DNA of 48,127 bases, taken from NCBI GenBank assembly GCA_043381765.1, contig JBHJMP010000644.1:1-48127 (forward strand), read 5' to 3'. Below the pieces are notes generated by a model, which was given only the letters and a program-made list of their open reading frames with translations, searched no databases and was not told the origin of the DNA. A program made the position numbers and the translations under genes. The first letter of the stretch is position 1; every line of letters starts with the position of its first letter. Positions 1 to 14,400 of the stretch are shown here, piece after piece. The DNA comes from Collodictyon triciliatum. Its lineage: Eukaryota.

Positions 1-2197
<2,197 letters not shown>

Positions 2198-2731
2198 CGC
2201 CCAATAGTGTCCCTGACTCTGTTTTTTTACTTTGTTTTTATCTTTGTCTCGGTATGAGCTGGGCGTCTTTGTGTTTGTGTGGTTCAGGTTTCCAGAATCC
2301 ACGACAGTTAGCCTCTGTGCTTGAACTGGCTTATGTGGCAGAATCCGTTTCGGACGAAGTGGATCAGAGAAGAGGAGAATGAAGAAGCTATCTCTTTTGA
2401 TATAGGTTTTGTGCCAAGCGAACTCGCAAGGTTAGCTTGCTTCTTATATTGTCGGTGTTGTTAATATATTTGGGTTTGACCGAGTCTACAGAAGTGGCTT
2501 TGCTGTGTTGGTATTCGCATCTTACATCTCTGTCGAGCCAGATGAAAGAACAAACAAACATACACATAACACACCTATCATCGTCACGATTCGTTCGTTA
2601 ATTCGCTCATCTTTATTTTTATCGTCATCAATTATTAATCTGACCATTCCCGTCGTTTCGATGTTACATCTCAACAGATTAGTTTCCTCCACACATATGC
2701 AGACTGAAGGAGGTCTGGCATGAACTTATTT

Positions 2732-5109
2732 TCAAGGAGAGACAAACTTTTGGATGCACGTCGATATTTGTCTGTGCCATTCATCCATCTCGGCCTGGTC
2801 ACGACCACGGAATTCGGCAGAGTAGGACTACAAACCACGACGAAAGCAAAAGTGTGAAATATAAGTGAAATGATCAAGAGAACGGGCAATACATCTCTCA
2901 TACATTATCCACGTTTAGACAAGGCCAATACAACTGATGTGTTATCTGGGATGTGTATGGCTCGATATGGCAGAGGAGATTGATAGAGGGGGTCTACCTT
3001 GCCGTTCGAAGTGATTGTGATGACCAAAATGCCATCTCTGTTGGGCTTTTCTACCTTTAAAAACATCAAAGGAAGGTATCTCCATCCTTTGGTTCCCTAT
3101 GAGTCACCAACCACAGTTACAAAAGGTCAAACTCATAAGAAAGAGCGAAAATCCATAAACTGGAAAATCAGGATTTGGTTTATCTGCTTGCTCTATTGTC
3201 ATCTAGATGATAATAAGATATAATGCGTGAATAAAATGTAATGCAAATAATAAGCCTACCTGTCTGTCATTTGCGTACTCTAGACAAAGAGGGACCAGCC
3301 TGACAAACTTCTCTTTCCATCCAACCCAATTTCTAGACTTCTTGAGTAAGTTTCCTTCAATCACAGCTATATTTGATTGTTTTTTATTTTATTTAACAGA
3401 ATCATATAGGGTTAAAATTATCTTCTATATGAATATATATGATTCTATCGAGTTTTCATCTTGCATAACATAAGAATAACTATACGGCACAGCTTCAGTG
3501 ATTTGCGAGTGGTAATATTTGATTACGTTGCTGATGCTTGATATACGTTGTGTATATCTTAAGTTCCTGAATCTGTTGCTGTAGCACATTAGCTTGAGAA
3601 CTCTCGGTCTGGAGTTGATATTGAAGCTGTTTGATGCTGCTTTCTTTTTCCTCGATTTTCTTTCTCAAATGGTGGTGTTCCTCAGTCTTTGTTTCAATTA
3701 GGCGGTCCTTCTGAATATTCATTTCCTCAAGCTGGGATTTCTTCTCTAGTAGTTCTCTTGATTCTTCGATGCCATGCTTCTTTTCCATGTCTCTAGAGTA
3801 ACACGAAGAACATACAAACCTACCACTGATAGGTGATTCAAGAAACAATCCCTTCCATTCAAACTCACTCATATACTTTTGCAGGGCAACAGAGCCACTT
3901 GCATAATCATTGACAGGAATCGATTCAGAATGCAACTTGTGTTTCCAATACTCCAAAGCTTGTAACATGACGCGAATCATATCCAAACCTTGGCTCTATT
4001 TCGAATGTGAGGAATTTACATATTATTTTTGTGTATCTGGAGAGAGATTTGTCATATCGATAGTACTCATGCAGTATTAGATAAAAGGGATATATGCGTC
4101 TTATTGTATTTATGAAATTAAAAACCTTCTCAAAGAAACTAGGATTTGGTAAATTGAGGCTGTGTCTAGCAGACGTCCCTCCACTGACCAACACAAAGTA
4201 AATGAATTGGAGTGTCATTTCGAGGTGCCCAGCATACTAATAGGAAGGACAAAAGAATTACCATGCCATCCTAACATTACTGTATCATCACTGGTTACAT
4301 AACCCCTTTGAATCGAATAAAGGAAAAAAATCACTGGTTACATAATCAAAAAAATGTAATAAATATTGGAGCTTGTACCTCGTGAAAGTCGCGTTGAAGA
4401 TTTAGAACATCGAAGCCACCAGTAAGTTGGCCTTGGGCAAAGTGATACTAAATTATTTTATTTTTTGGGGGTTAATTTGAAGTCGCAAAAGCTATGATAT
4501 TGAAGGAAAACATGGATGTTGGTTTGTAATGTTCATGATTCTAGCTATACGGGACAAGATGCTTGGGCTCTATTCGAGGTGTCTGATATCCCACTATCGC
4601 ACAGAGCAAAAATGCTACACATAAGGATTTTTGGAAGAAGAGGTAAACTTAAAATGAAGGGCCAAAAATTTCTTTTTTTTTTTAAGAAAAAAAATATACA
4701 TTGTACGTCATAGTTTTCTGAGAAGATAAGACGTAATTAGTCTAGTGGAAACTGAAGGATACCTGTGGGGTATGTCAAAGAAGTTCTGAATAAACTCGTT
4801 GGTTGGCATTTGTATATCCTGAAAATTTTTGGGTAGTATGCAGAATACATATGGAAGTCCTTCATAGATTATCGAGGAAAGTTTTTGTCTGGACTCAATC
4901 CCCTGGTTATGTATTAGGTATCATTTAATGAGTGGATATCGTTGCTTGGCATATTTTATTAAAATCGATGATTTACCGCCTCTGAAAAATCTGACATTGA
5001 AGATAATTGCTTCTTCATTTCCTTTTCTCTTGCATTGATATGGTCAGCTTCTCTGTCAACCTAATTTGAAACACAGCCATACGATTTCGATGCATTGCAA
5101 GGAGTTAGA

Positions 5110-5144
<35 letters not shown>

Positions 5145-5150
5145 AAAAAA

Positions 5151-5195
<45 letters not shown>

Positions 5196-5962
5196 AAACT
5201 GGTTTATGTAATTTTCTTAAAATAAAAAGATATAAATACCAAGTAATTCCAAGCTGGTCTTTTCAAACAATCCAGAAAGAATGTGTGATTCTATAAAATT
5301 TATCCCTTTAATTGTATCGCTTGACATTTCCACACAATTATTTGTATATTCAACCGAAGGTCGATGATGATTTCCTATTATTTTATGCGACACACTTACC
5401 ATTACACCGAGTATATTACATCTCTTGTTTGGGTCGATCTGGAGCATTCTAATGATCAATTCAGACATGTGTGTCCTTTTGACCTTTTTTATCACATGCT
5501 CGTTCAACGCTTCTTGTGAAACAAACTTTGAGAGGGTCTCATACAAATGCTTCTCATTATGGTTGCTGGGGCCCTTTTTTAAAAAAAAGAAAATAAAAAA
5601 AAAGAAAATTATTAAGAATTAAAAAATTAATAATCAGTATTAACTCGCCACATTTTTTTCTTTCTGTCCCAAAGTAGGTGAATGTATCATTGTGTATACT
5701 TTCAACAAATATAAAACATGAATATTACCTCTAATTGAACTCTAGAATCTCCAACGAGCAAGGGACTTCCAGTAGCAAGCTCGAACAGGAGTGCTCCAAA
5801 ACTCCATATGTCCAATTTGGGATGCCCGAGCACCGGACCAGGGATGGCTTGCCTGTCTATACCCAACTTTGCTGCAAACAGCTGAATATAAATTACATAT
5901 CAAGGAATGAATTTGTGTGCTCAATATTTATTTTTTTTAAAAAAAAACAAAAAAAAACAAAA

Positions 5963-6040
<78 letters not shown>

Positions 6041-7960
6041 AGAAGAGCTAATATTCACTCATTATCGAGTAATAAAGAGATCCAATAAAAGAAGAAGAAG
6101 AAAGAAAGAAAGAAGGCTTCCTCCATAATGCAAAAGTTTATCTGTACTTCAGGTGCACTGTATTCATTCAAATCCGACATAAATTCTTCTAAGCCGTGGA
6201 CATTCCATTCTCCAGTTGAAGGGTCAGACACATATTCAAACTTGCATGAATTTCCCAATGAAAGGAATCGGTAGCTTTATGATGACATTTAGAAGTTAAT
6301 ACTAAAATTGAATCACGGAGCATCGTGTGATGTATTCTTTAAGAGTACCAAACTACCAGTGAATATTAAAATCGCACATACCTTCCATCGAAGAAGCGAC
6401 CTATATTGGAAGGGCGGAGAGAACCCAACAAGAAACCAGGGAATTTCATCTACGAGTAAATTTAGGTATGTTTTGGATGAAAGGTCGCCAAGGAACCACA
6501 AAAATACATATGAATAATATATTGTCAAACTGGATAAGATTTTTCTGGCTTTTTCTTTAAATATATATTATGAAGAAAGAAAAACTATATGTAATCAAAT
6601 AAATGAAACTTCTAAAACGGTCATATATTGGTGTTGTTGTTATTCTCTCACCGATTTTGAGGGCTTTTTGGTAGAAGCTCCATGCGGGTCGTGTAAGAAA
6701 CACAAAGACTGACATATAAAACTTGAAATGTGCTGGATTTCTGTATCGGACAAACGTTGATGTCTTCTGTGAAGGTAGGTTGCTAGAGTCTCTTCTCCAG
6801 CTTCTGTGATGATGCAATGAGGATTTTCACTGTGCAAAGACGACCCGACATGTCTGGCGTCGAAAAACTCAACCAAGTTTGCGATTGGCGACGTAAGGTC
6901 TGTTTGCACAGTCGTTAGTATGATATACATGTTATAAGAAGCAATGACTGAATTAAGATATGTTCTTACTTATTTAAATTAATATGAATCTTATCGAATA
7001 AAAATGACGCTTTCCATGTAGCTATTGTATTTGTTCATTCTTTACATTTTTTTATTACTATATATAAGTCTACCATATCTAAAGCGAATCATACGAATCA
7101 AGAAAGTAAATACCCAAAAGGACTGAAATGATGATTACCTGTGGTTGATTTAGAACGGACTGATTCTATTGTGGCACTAACTTCCCTCACTTTATTCACT
7201 TCAGACTCATAGCATGTCATTAAGCTTTCTGGGTATAGGGTTAAAAGCACTCGAATACCNNNNNNNNNNNNNNNNNNNNNNNNNNNNNNNNNNNNNNNNN
7301 NNNNNNNNNNNNNNNNNNNNNNNNNNNNNNNNNNNNNNNNNNNNNNNNNNNNNNNNNNNNNNNNNNNNNNNNNNNNNNNNNNNNNNNNNNNNNNNNNNNN
7401 NNNNNNNNNNNNNNNNNNNNNNNNNNNNNNNNNNNNNNNNNNNNNNNNNNNNNNNNNNNNNNNNNNNNNNNNNNNNNNNNNNNNNNNNNNNNNNNNNNNN
7501 NNNNNNNNNNNNNNNNNNNNNNNNNNNNNNNNNNNNNNNNNNNNNNNNNNNNNNNNNNNNNNNNNNNNNNNNNNNNNNNNNNNNNNNNNNNNNNNNNNNN
7601 NNNNNNNNNNNNNNNNNNNNNNNNNNNNCATTATAATCTTCAACTGGTATAGACCTGAGCTCCAAGACGAAGGAGCTCTTGAAGCAGAGAAACATGACTA
7701 TACAAGACAGCAATCGAAACTGCTGATTTATTATCCATAGTTAAGGATGGAAGACGAGAGCGTAGCTCTTGTGAAGTAAATTCCAGAAGCAATTGAAGCT
7801 TTCCACAGAAGATTGCTGGCCTGGCGGACTCTTCATCGAAAGTAACTAAAATAGGATGAAATTTATATCTTAGGTTACAATTTCGTTCAAGAAACTATCA
7901 TTGAAACCCATTCCGAACGTTGTCAAAATATCAGCAAGATAGACATGAATGATATGCTAA

Positions 7961-8056
<96 letters not shown>

Positions 8057-8596
8057 CTTATATTTAACAAAAGATAATGTAAAGAAAAAGAATGGAAAAA
8101 CAAAGAGATATTGCATAAGAAATTGCATAAGAGAGGGATAGGAAGTAGAATAATGATGTGAAATTACATGTTTGGTGGTCAACCAAGCACCATGTTTCAT
8201 TGAACTTATTTTGAAGCTGCAGTAGATTCCAAACTGAGGGAGAAGCTTCTAAACTGAGAATTCCGTGGAACTCAACTATGAGAAATTTATTTGTTTATTG
8301 ATTCAAATGGAATTGATAAGAAGAATGCTGCATAAAATTTATTTGAAGGGTACTTATCGAATGAAATAAACCATTTAAAATATTGATATGATATGGTATA
8401 AGTTGCTTTGTTTTTTAAAATACATATAATTATTTAAAAAAAGAAAAAAATAAGGATCCAGACAAGCGTAAAATAGAGAAAGAATTTATTGTTTTTTTTT
8501 TAAAAAAAAAAAGGGAGAGAATCTCGATAAAGTTGAGGGATGGACGAACGCAACAACAATCACGTAGTGAAATTGAACATTCATATTGTTGCTGTT

Positions 8597-8657
<61 letters not shown>

Positions 8658-10209
8658 TTTTGTGAATGATGTTGTCGCTACCTTTGCAAAAATTGTGTTG
8701 GCGCAGCAGCCGAACGGCCGAGAGGATGCCAGAGAACGGGATGGAGGCAGAGAGGTGGATGTGCCTGAGCTGTTTGCAGACAGCCAAGTCTGGAGCTATT
8801 TCCTGGATGGGACATCCGAGAGCAGAGATTGTCTGTATGGCGGGCAGATGGGAGAGAGCATGGCCCAGGATGGCGACTTTCGTGTTGTCTATGACGAGGA
8901 CGGAGAGATTGCGGAGGACGCGGAGGTCGCTGGGGAGGTGGAGGAGGGGGTTGCTGGAGAGGTCGAGGCGGAGGAGGGACTGCAGGTCTGCGGGGAGGCA
9001 GGCAGGCAGGGAGGAGAGGCGGTTTCTGCTGAGGTCGAGATTGGCGATGGGGATGAAGGGAGAGAGGGGGAGGGCGAGGGCGAGGGAGTGGATGGCCATG
9101 CCGGCGAGGGCGAGGCAGGAGCGGGGGAAGGAGTAGTAGGAGTAGAGGGCGGCGTGGTCGGGGGAGAAGGGGTTTCCGAGCAGGGAGAGGGCGGTGAGGG
9201 CGGAGAGGGCGGTGAGGGAGGGCGGCAGGCCGGACAGGCGGTTGTGCGCGAGGTTGAGGAGGGCCAGGGCGGTGAGGCACGAGAGCCCCGCGGGGAGGGC
9301 GCCGAGCGAGTTGTTGTTGAGGAGCAGGACGCGGAGGCCGTGCAGGGCGGAGACGCCGTCGGGGAGCCCGCCGAGCGCGTTGAACCCCACGTCCAGGTGC
9401 GTGAGCCCCGCGCAGACCGGCGGCCGCAGCAGGAACCGCGGCAGGGCGCCCAGGCGGTTGTGGGCGAGGCGCACGTGGCGCACGGCCGGCAGCAGCTGCT
9501 GCACAAGGCCCAAGTCCAAGCCCAAGTCCAAGTCCAAGTCCAAGTCCAAGTCCGACTCCGACTCCGAGTCAAAGTCGCGGGACAGGTCCAGCAGGCCGGC
9601 GGACGGGGCGCAGAGGAGGCGCAGCAGCGGCGGCAGCGGGTTGCCGTCCAGGGCCAGGGAGCGCAGGCGCGTGAGGGAGGCCAGGCCCGGCGGCACGCGC
9701 GTCACGCGGTTGTTGCGCACGTCCAGCAGCTGCAGCGCCGTGCACGCGGCAAGCGTCTCGGGCAGCGCCGTCAGCAGGTTTGCGCTCATGTCCAGCCCCC
9801 GCAGGTGCGGCAGCGTCGCCACGACGTCCGGCACGTGCTGGAAGCGGTTGTGCCCCAGGTCCAGCAGCTGCAGCCGCGTCAGCCGCGACACCCCCGCCGG
9901 CACCGCGTCCAGCCGGTTGTGCCCCAGCCACAGCTGCTCCACCCGCGTCAGCTGCCCCACCTCCCCACACACCTCCACCAGCTCGTTCCACTCCAGATGC
10001 ACGATCCGCACCTGCCGCCACCGCCCCACCCACCCGGGCACCCGCCTCGCCCCCCGGTGGCTCAGATCAATCTCCTCCGGGCCCTCATTCTCCTTCTCCC
10101 CGTCCCCGTCTCCGATCCTGAACCCTTGCTCCGCCAGATACCGCTCCAGCTCGTCCTCCTCCCTTTGCGCCAGCCCCTTCACAAGCGCTTTCGGAGGCGG
10201 CTCAGACAT
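2732..10209 (-). CDS. Large multi-exon protein: N-terminal leucine-rich repeats, ankyrin-like repeat, degenerate protein-kinase-like domain, coiled coil, C-terminal PH domain
   Basis: Exon 1 (10209-8682) has many LxxLxLxxNxL repeats and ends at a GT donor without a stop. Exon 7845-7655 reads SAVSIAVLYSHVSLLQELLRLGAQ (ankyrin-like). About 6900-5400 has kinase-like segments (ICQSLCFLHD, GDLSSKTYLNLLVD, EYSAPE, LIIRMLQIDPNKR). About 3790-3540 is coiled coil. 3367-2732 is PH (IEGNLLKKSRNWVGWKEKFVRL...FRGRDQAEMDEWHRQI), stop TGA at 2734-2732. Joining into one gene is inferred across an N gap. Confidence 0.68.
5111..5192. repeat. Poly(A) tract, intronic
   Basis: Near-pure A run with a short T interruption. 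Confidence 0.95.
5939..6039. repeat. Poly(A) tract, intronic
   Basis: Near-pure A run. Confidence 0.95.
7260..7628. other. Assembly gap
   Basis: Run of N. Confidence 1.
7961..8056. repeat. (AAT)n microsatellite, intronic
   Basis: Pure AAT tandem. Confidence 0.98.
8600..8658. repeat. (AAT)n microsatellite in first intron of LRR gene
   Basis: Pure AAT tandem. Confidence 0.97.
8682..10209 (-). CDS. Leucine-rich-repeat region (first exon of the multidomain gene)
   Basis: Repeated LRR motifs, e.g. LQLLDLGHNRFQHVP, LRVLLLNNNSLGALP, LALLNLAHNRLSGLP. The poly-Leu tail of the ORF-track translation is intronic (TTA)n after the donor at 8681. Confidence 0.93.
9510..9576. repeat. Coding hexamer repeat (CAAGTC)n/(CCGACT)n inside LRR exon
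   Basis: Encodes DSESESDLDLDLDLDLGLDLG on the minus strand. Confidence 0.9.
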
Positions 10210-11496
10210 CTATGCTACCAACAGACAATTGAATCGAATAAAGAAAAGAAAAAGGGAAAGAAAAAAGGAAAAGGAACTGTGTCTTAGTCACAGTAGCTTG
10301 TTGGGTTATGGGTTCCTCTTATCTTCTTTCCTTCTTATTTTTTTTCCGTTCTTGCTCTTCAATCTTTTTCCTTTCTTCTTTCATCCTACTTTCTCCCTTC
10401 TTTTTTTGTGCCAGATCACTGCAAGGGGGGTGGCGTTTGAGCCGCAGGTCGTTTCCAGCGAAGTTGGGCGCTTGCAATGACTGTTTGACTGCAGGGAAAT
10501 ATCAGCATTGGCGTTTTTTTTTTTTTATTATTGCCGTGTAGTGCGTGTCTTTCATACATTTATGGATTTTATATGATTGTGCTTTATGATATTATTTAGT
10601 GCTGATGAAAACAACTCGATGCATAAATTCAGCACATGTGTAATAAAATTACAGCATTCACAAGTGATTAAGCTGGGCTTATTTGCGACCGTGGGTTGGT
10701 TCGTTCTCTAAAACCATCTATATTTGGGAAAAAATTGGGCGAAAAGTTCAACCAACTTCGTAACCATGATTGACCAAATTTCTGCCCGAATCAAACACAC
10801 ACCCCAAAAAAAAAAAAAAAAGAAACGAAAGCAAAAACGCCAAGGGGCTCGCGCAGAACAATCAAACCCCCAAGAGGGCAGCCACTCTCGACAGAAGGAC
10901 GCGAACCAAAAAACGAGCCGTAAGACCTAGGTGTAGTGATAAGAGGCCTCTCCAGCGACAACATTCAGGAAGGCCAGAACCTCACGATCGCAACCAATAA
11001 CGTCACACATTATGAAAACCAAAATACAAAACGTACTTGTTGTTCAAAAGGCTGGTTTATTTCAAAGGATCGATTTCTTTGATCAGGAGCTTGTCTATCA
11101 CGTCCTTATGACCCTAACTCGGTTGCTTGGTAACTTAACGGAGATATACCTTTTTCTTTTTAAAGTTTAAAAAATACTCAAGAATTCTTCCTAAACTTAT
11201 TTCACGGCCTTTCTGGTCTCCCCCCGCACCATACTTTCTGAATACGTGATCGCCCCTTCTGTATCTTCCCGAGGAAATAGTAGTTTTCCCTTTTCCCCCC
11301 CTTTTTTATAGTTTTTTTTTTTATTAAGAAGCTGAAAAAGTCAGCTCGATCTACTCGCCCACTGCTATTCGTTGTTGAGTTTGCAGGCGGCTAGTCTCAT
11401 CCAAAAGTCTGTGGTTTAGATCTTCAGCGCAGCTGTCTCTCTCGCCAACTAACCCGGAGAAGAAAATAAAAACAGCCTTCTGTCAAGCACCCGATC

Positions 11497-14400
11497 ATGT
11501 CTGAGCGAGAAACCGCCGATCGCAAAGCCGAATCTGTTCGTGAGCATCACCCCTTGGTCGCTGTGATAGCAAAGAAGCACCGTGCCGCCCGCAAGAAGCT
11601 GACAAAGGTTGAGGAGACTGAAAAGAAGATTGCCTCGCAGAAGATCAAAGCTCTGCCTGAGCAACTTGAGGCGATCAAGAACAAGACCAAGCTTTCGATT
11701 CTTGTGGAGGACTATGAGGAGACATTAGAACAGCTGGTTGTGGCTGAAAAGGAGGTCGAAAAAGCGGTTAGTAGTTGCTTAAATGTGTCCCTGAAGTCTT
11801 TATGTGGTGCTAAAACGTAAAAAATAGTCAATTTTTTTCTTCTTCATTCCTACCCGTACCTTTATTGCGCCAAAAATCGCCCCGCTATCTAGCCTGAACC
11901 TTATTAAAAAAAGAAAAACATCACCATAGAGACTTGAGTCACTTAACGCTTTGGAGGCTCAGTTTGAGGAAAGACTTCAAAATGAAAAGTTGCTGTGGGA
12001 AAAAGACTTACTTGAGCGCTACGAGGTTTGTACCCCTGGGGACTATGAGAATATAACCATAAACACTTACCTGTGTTTGTACAAACCGAATTATTCACGC
12101 CTTTTCCCTTAAACATGTATGTTGTTGTTGTTGGATAAACACTAACACTATCCTCTCTTGACTACATGCATACTATTGTGATTTAAAATAAATATACCTC
12201 TCTTAGGTTGTTCGTCAAGAAGAGTTTAAGAGCATCGCACGCCTGTACCGCTTGTCTGATTACTTCAATCCTCAAGTGTCCGTCTCCGAGGAATATGTGG
12301 AGGAAATCAAAGCTAAAGTCCCCAATGCGAAGGTGCGAACCTAACTGCCGACTGCTCTCCTTCCTAATGCAAACAAATAATCGATTATAATTTTAGAATA
12401 ACAATCACGCAAATAAACGAGAGTCAAACATACACTACCTAGTCACCCTATTTTTTTCTTTTACTACCATAGTACGCCACTGCCGAAGAGTTTCAAACAA
12501 TTGTCAACAACATGAACATCTTGAGAGGATCCGTTTCTGCTTTTGAGTATGATTCCAACCTCAAAGTTTTTTTCTTCATCTCACAATTCTCTCATTCTAT
12601 GTCAAGAGAATATCAAGTATAGTAATAATAATAATGACCCTCAACCCAACCCCAGCGACCCTCATTACACCGAGTCAGTATCACTTTCTCTTGGAGCAGA
12701 GAGACTCCGAAAATTCGTGGATAGGTCCACTGATCTTCTTACAGATGAGCTCGACTGTATTTTTTTTTAATTTTACGCATACACAATCCAAAATAATTAT
12801 TTTTATGTAGATCGTCTAGTTAATGTACTAATTCGATTTTATCTCACAATTTGCACTTATCTAATGATCGACTTCTCTTCATTTTGACAAAGTTTCCACT
12901 GTCGCTCAACAAGTCGAAGACCTGGAATCTATCCTGGAAGCTTTTAGAACTGCAAATACGACGGTCCCCGAGGAGGAGGAGGTTATCGAAGTTGCTGAGA
13001 ATGCCGAGGTTGCCAAATCTTCCAGACAGCAACATAGACACACTTTATTGTTTTTTTTTTATTTGAACCTTTATAGTGTATCTAATTAACTTTATGTACA
13101 GTCTGTAGAGGTTCAAGATGAACAGGCAGTCGTTGGAGAACAATCCGAGAAACTCAAGCCATGTATGATTACCCTTTTCAATCAAAGCTGAATGATTATA
13201 CCGGGCTTCCATTCCGCATTTGCACTTTGAAATACTATATTCCAAAATGTATACAAGAATTATATGTCATAAAAGTATGATATAATTTCTTGAGTATTTC
13301 ATGAATGATGTTATCCTAATCATCTTCAAACCAAATATCTAGCATTCAAGTTCTTGCATCCCTCTTTCCTTGAAGAAAGTATGGCATATGTTTTTTATTT
13401 TATTTTATTTTACTTCTCATACCCGGTTTATGCATATTTACATTTCAATTATTGAGTGATTATGTATTTTTTCCTTTCGCGTTGTAAAACATCCCAATTT
13501 TAATCTTGCAACATGTATCCATTCCATTCTCATTCACTCGAAACATATTTCGCTACACGAGCCCCCTCATCACTCAATCTGTTATGTTCTCGTTAGAGCA
13601 AGAAGAGGAGCAACAAGAAGCTGTCGAAGGAATCGAGCAAGCTCAAGAAGAGTCTCAGCCTGAGGTGGTGGAAGTAGAAACAGAAATTGAGGCCGAGGCA
13701 CCAGTACAGAGCGATTCGACCCAACCAGAGGACGATGCTCAAGCCGCCGTGGTCGCAACAACCGGATCCCCCGCCGAAAGTGAGAACACAGTCGAAACAC
13801 CCCAGACTGCCATTACCGAAGCCACCACAGTTGCCGAAGTACCTGCACAAACACCTGTGCCCGCGCCGGTTGCTGCTGCTTCGTCTCCTGTGTCTTCGGC
13901 ACCTGAGCACATACCTGCATCTTCAGAGCAACAGCGCCGCAAGGGCACCCGCTCGGGCAAACACGAGAGATCTTCCAAGACCAGCCTGTCCACTACCATA
14001 GTCTCCACCAACCTCGTCAGCATCGCCAATGGAGTCCAGGTTCTCGTCAAGACGAAGGTCGATACCTCATCCACACCCGCCCCGGCTACCGGCTATGCTG
14101 CTGCTTTGCTCTCCAAGCCAGCTGACAGCCAGCCCCGTAATGCTCAAGTGCGAGTGCAACGGTTTGTCCCTAACCTATATTGGCTGTCTTGGCGTCGCAA
14201 TCACAGGCTCTTTTCTTTATATATTTTGGAGTTAAATCTTTCCCTTCCTTTCAAAGTACAATTCATGATAAGCAAAGACGAACGCATGACTCATATTGGC
14301 CGTTGGCTTAGTGTTCCTGCCACAGGACTTGCTGTGAAGACCGAGAGCGCCGAGGAGGCCGCTGCTGAGTCAGAGGCAACAAGCAAGAAAACACCAAAGT

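Noticed and set aside
8662-10480. Long + strand ORFs (541 aa, 428 aa) overlapping the LRR exon
   Set aside because: Antisense shadows of a very GC-rich coding exon with few stops; no recognisable motifs.
10915-10945. Partial resemblance to U2 snRNA (TAAGA..GTGTAGT)
   Set aside because: Lacks the conserved U2 5' end, an exact GTAGTA and a downstream Sm site.
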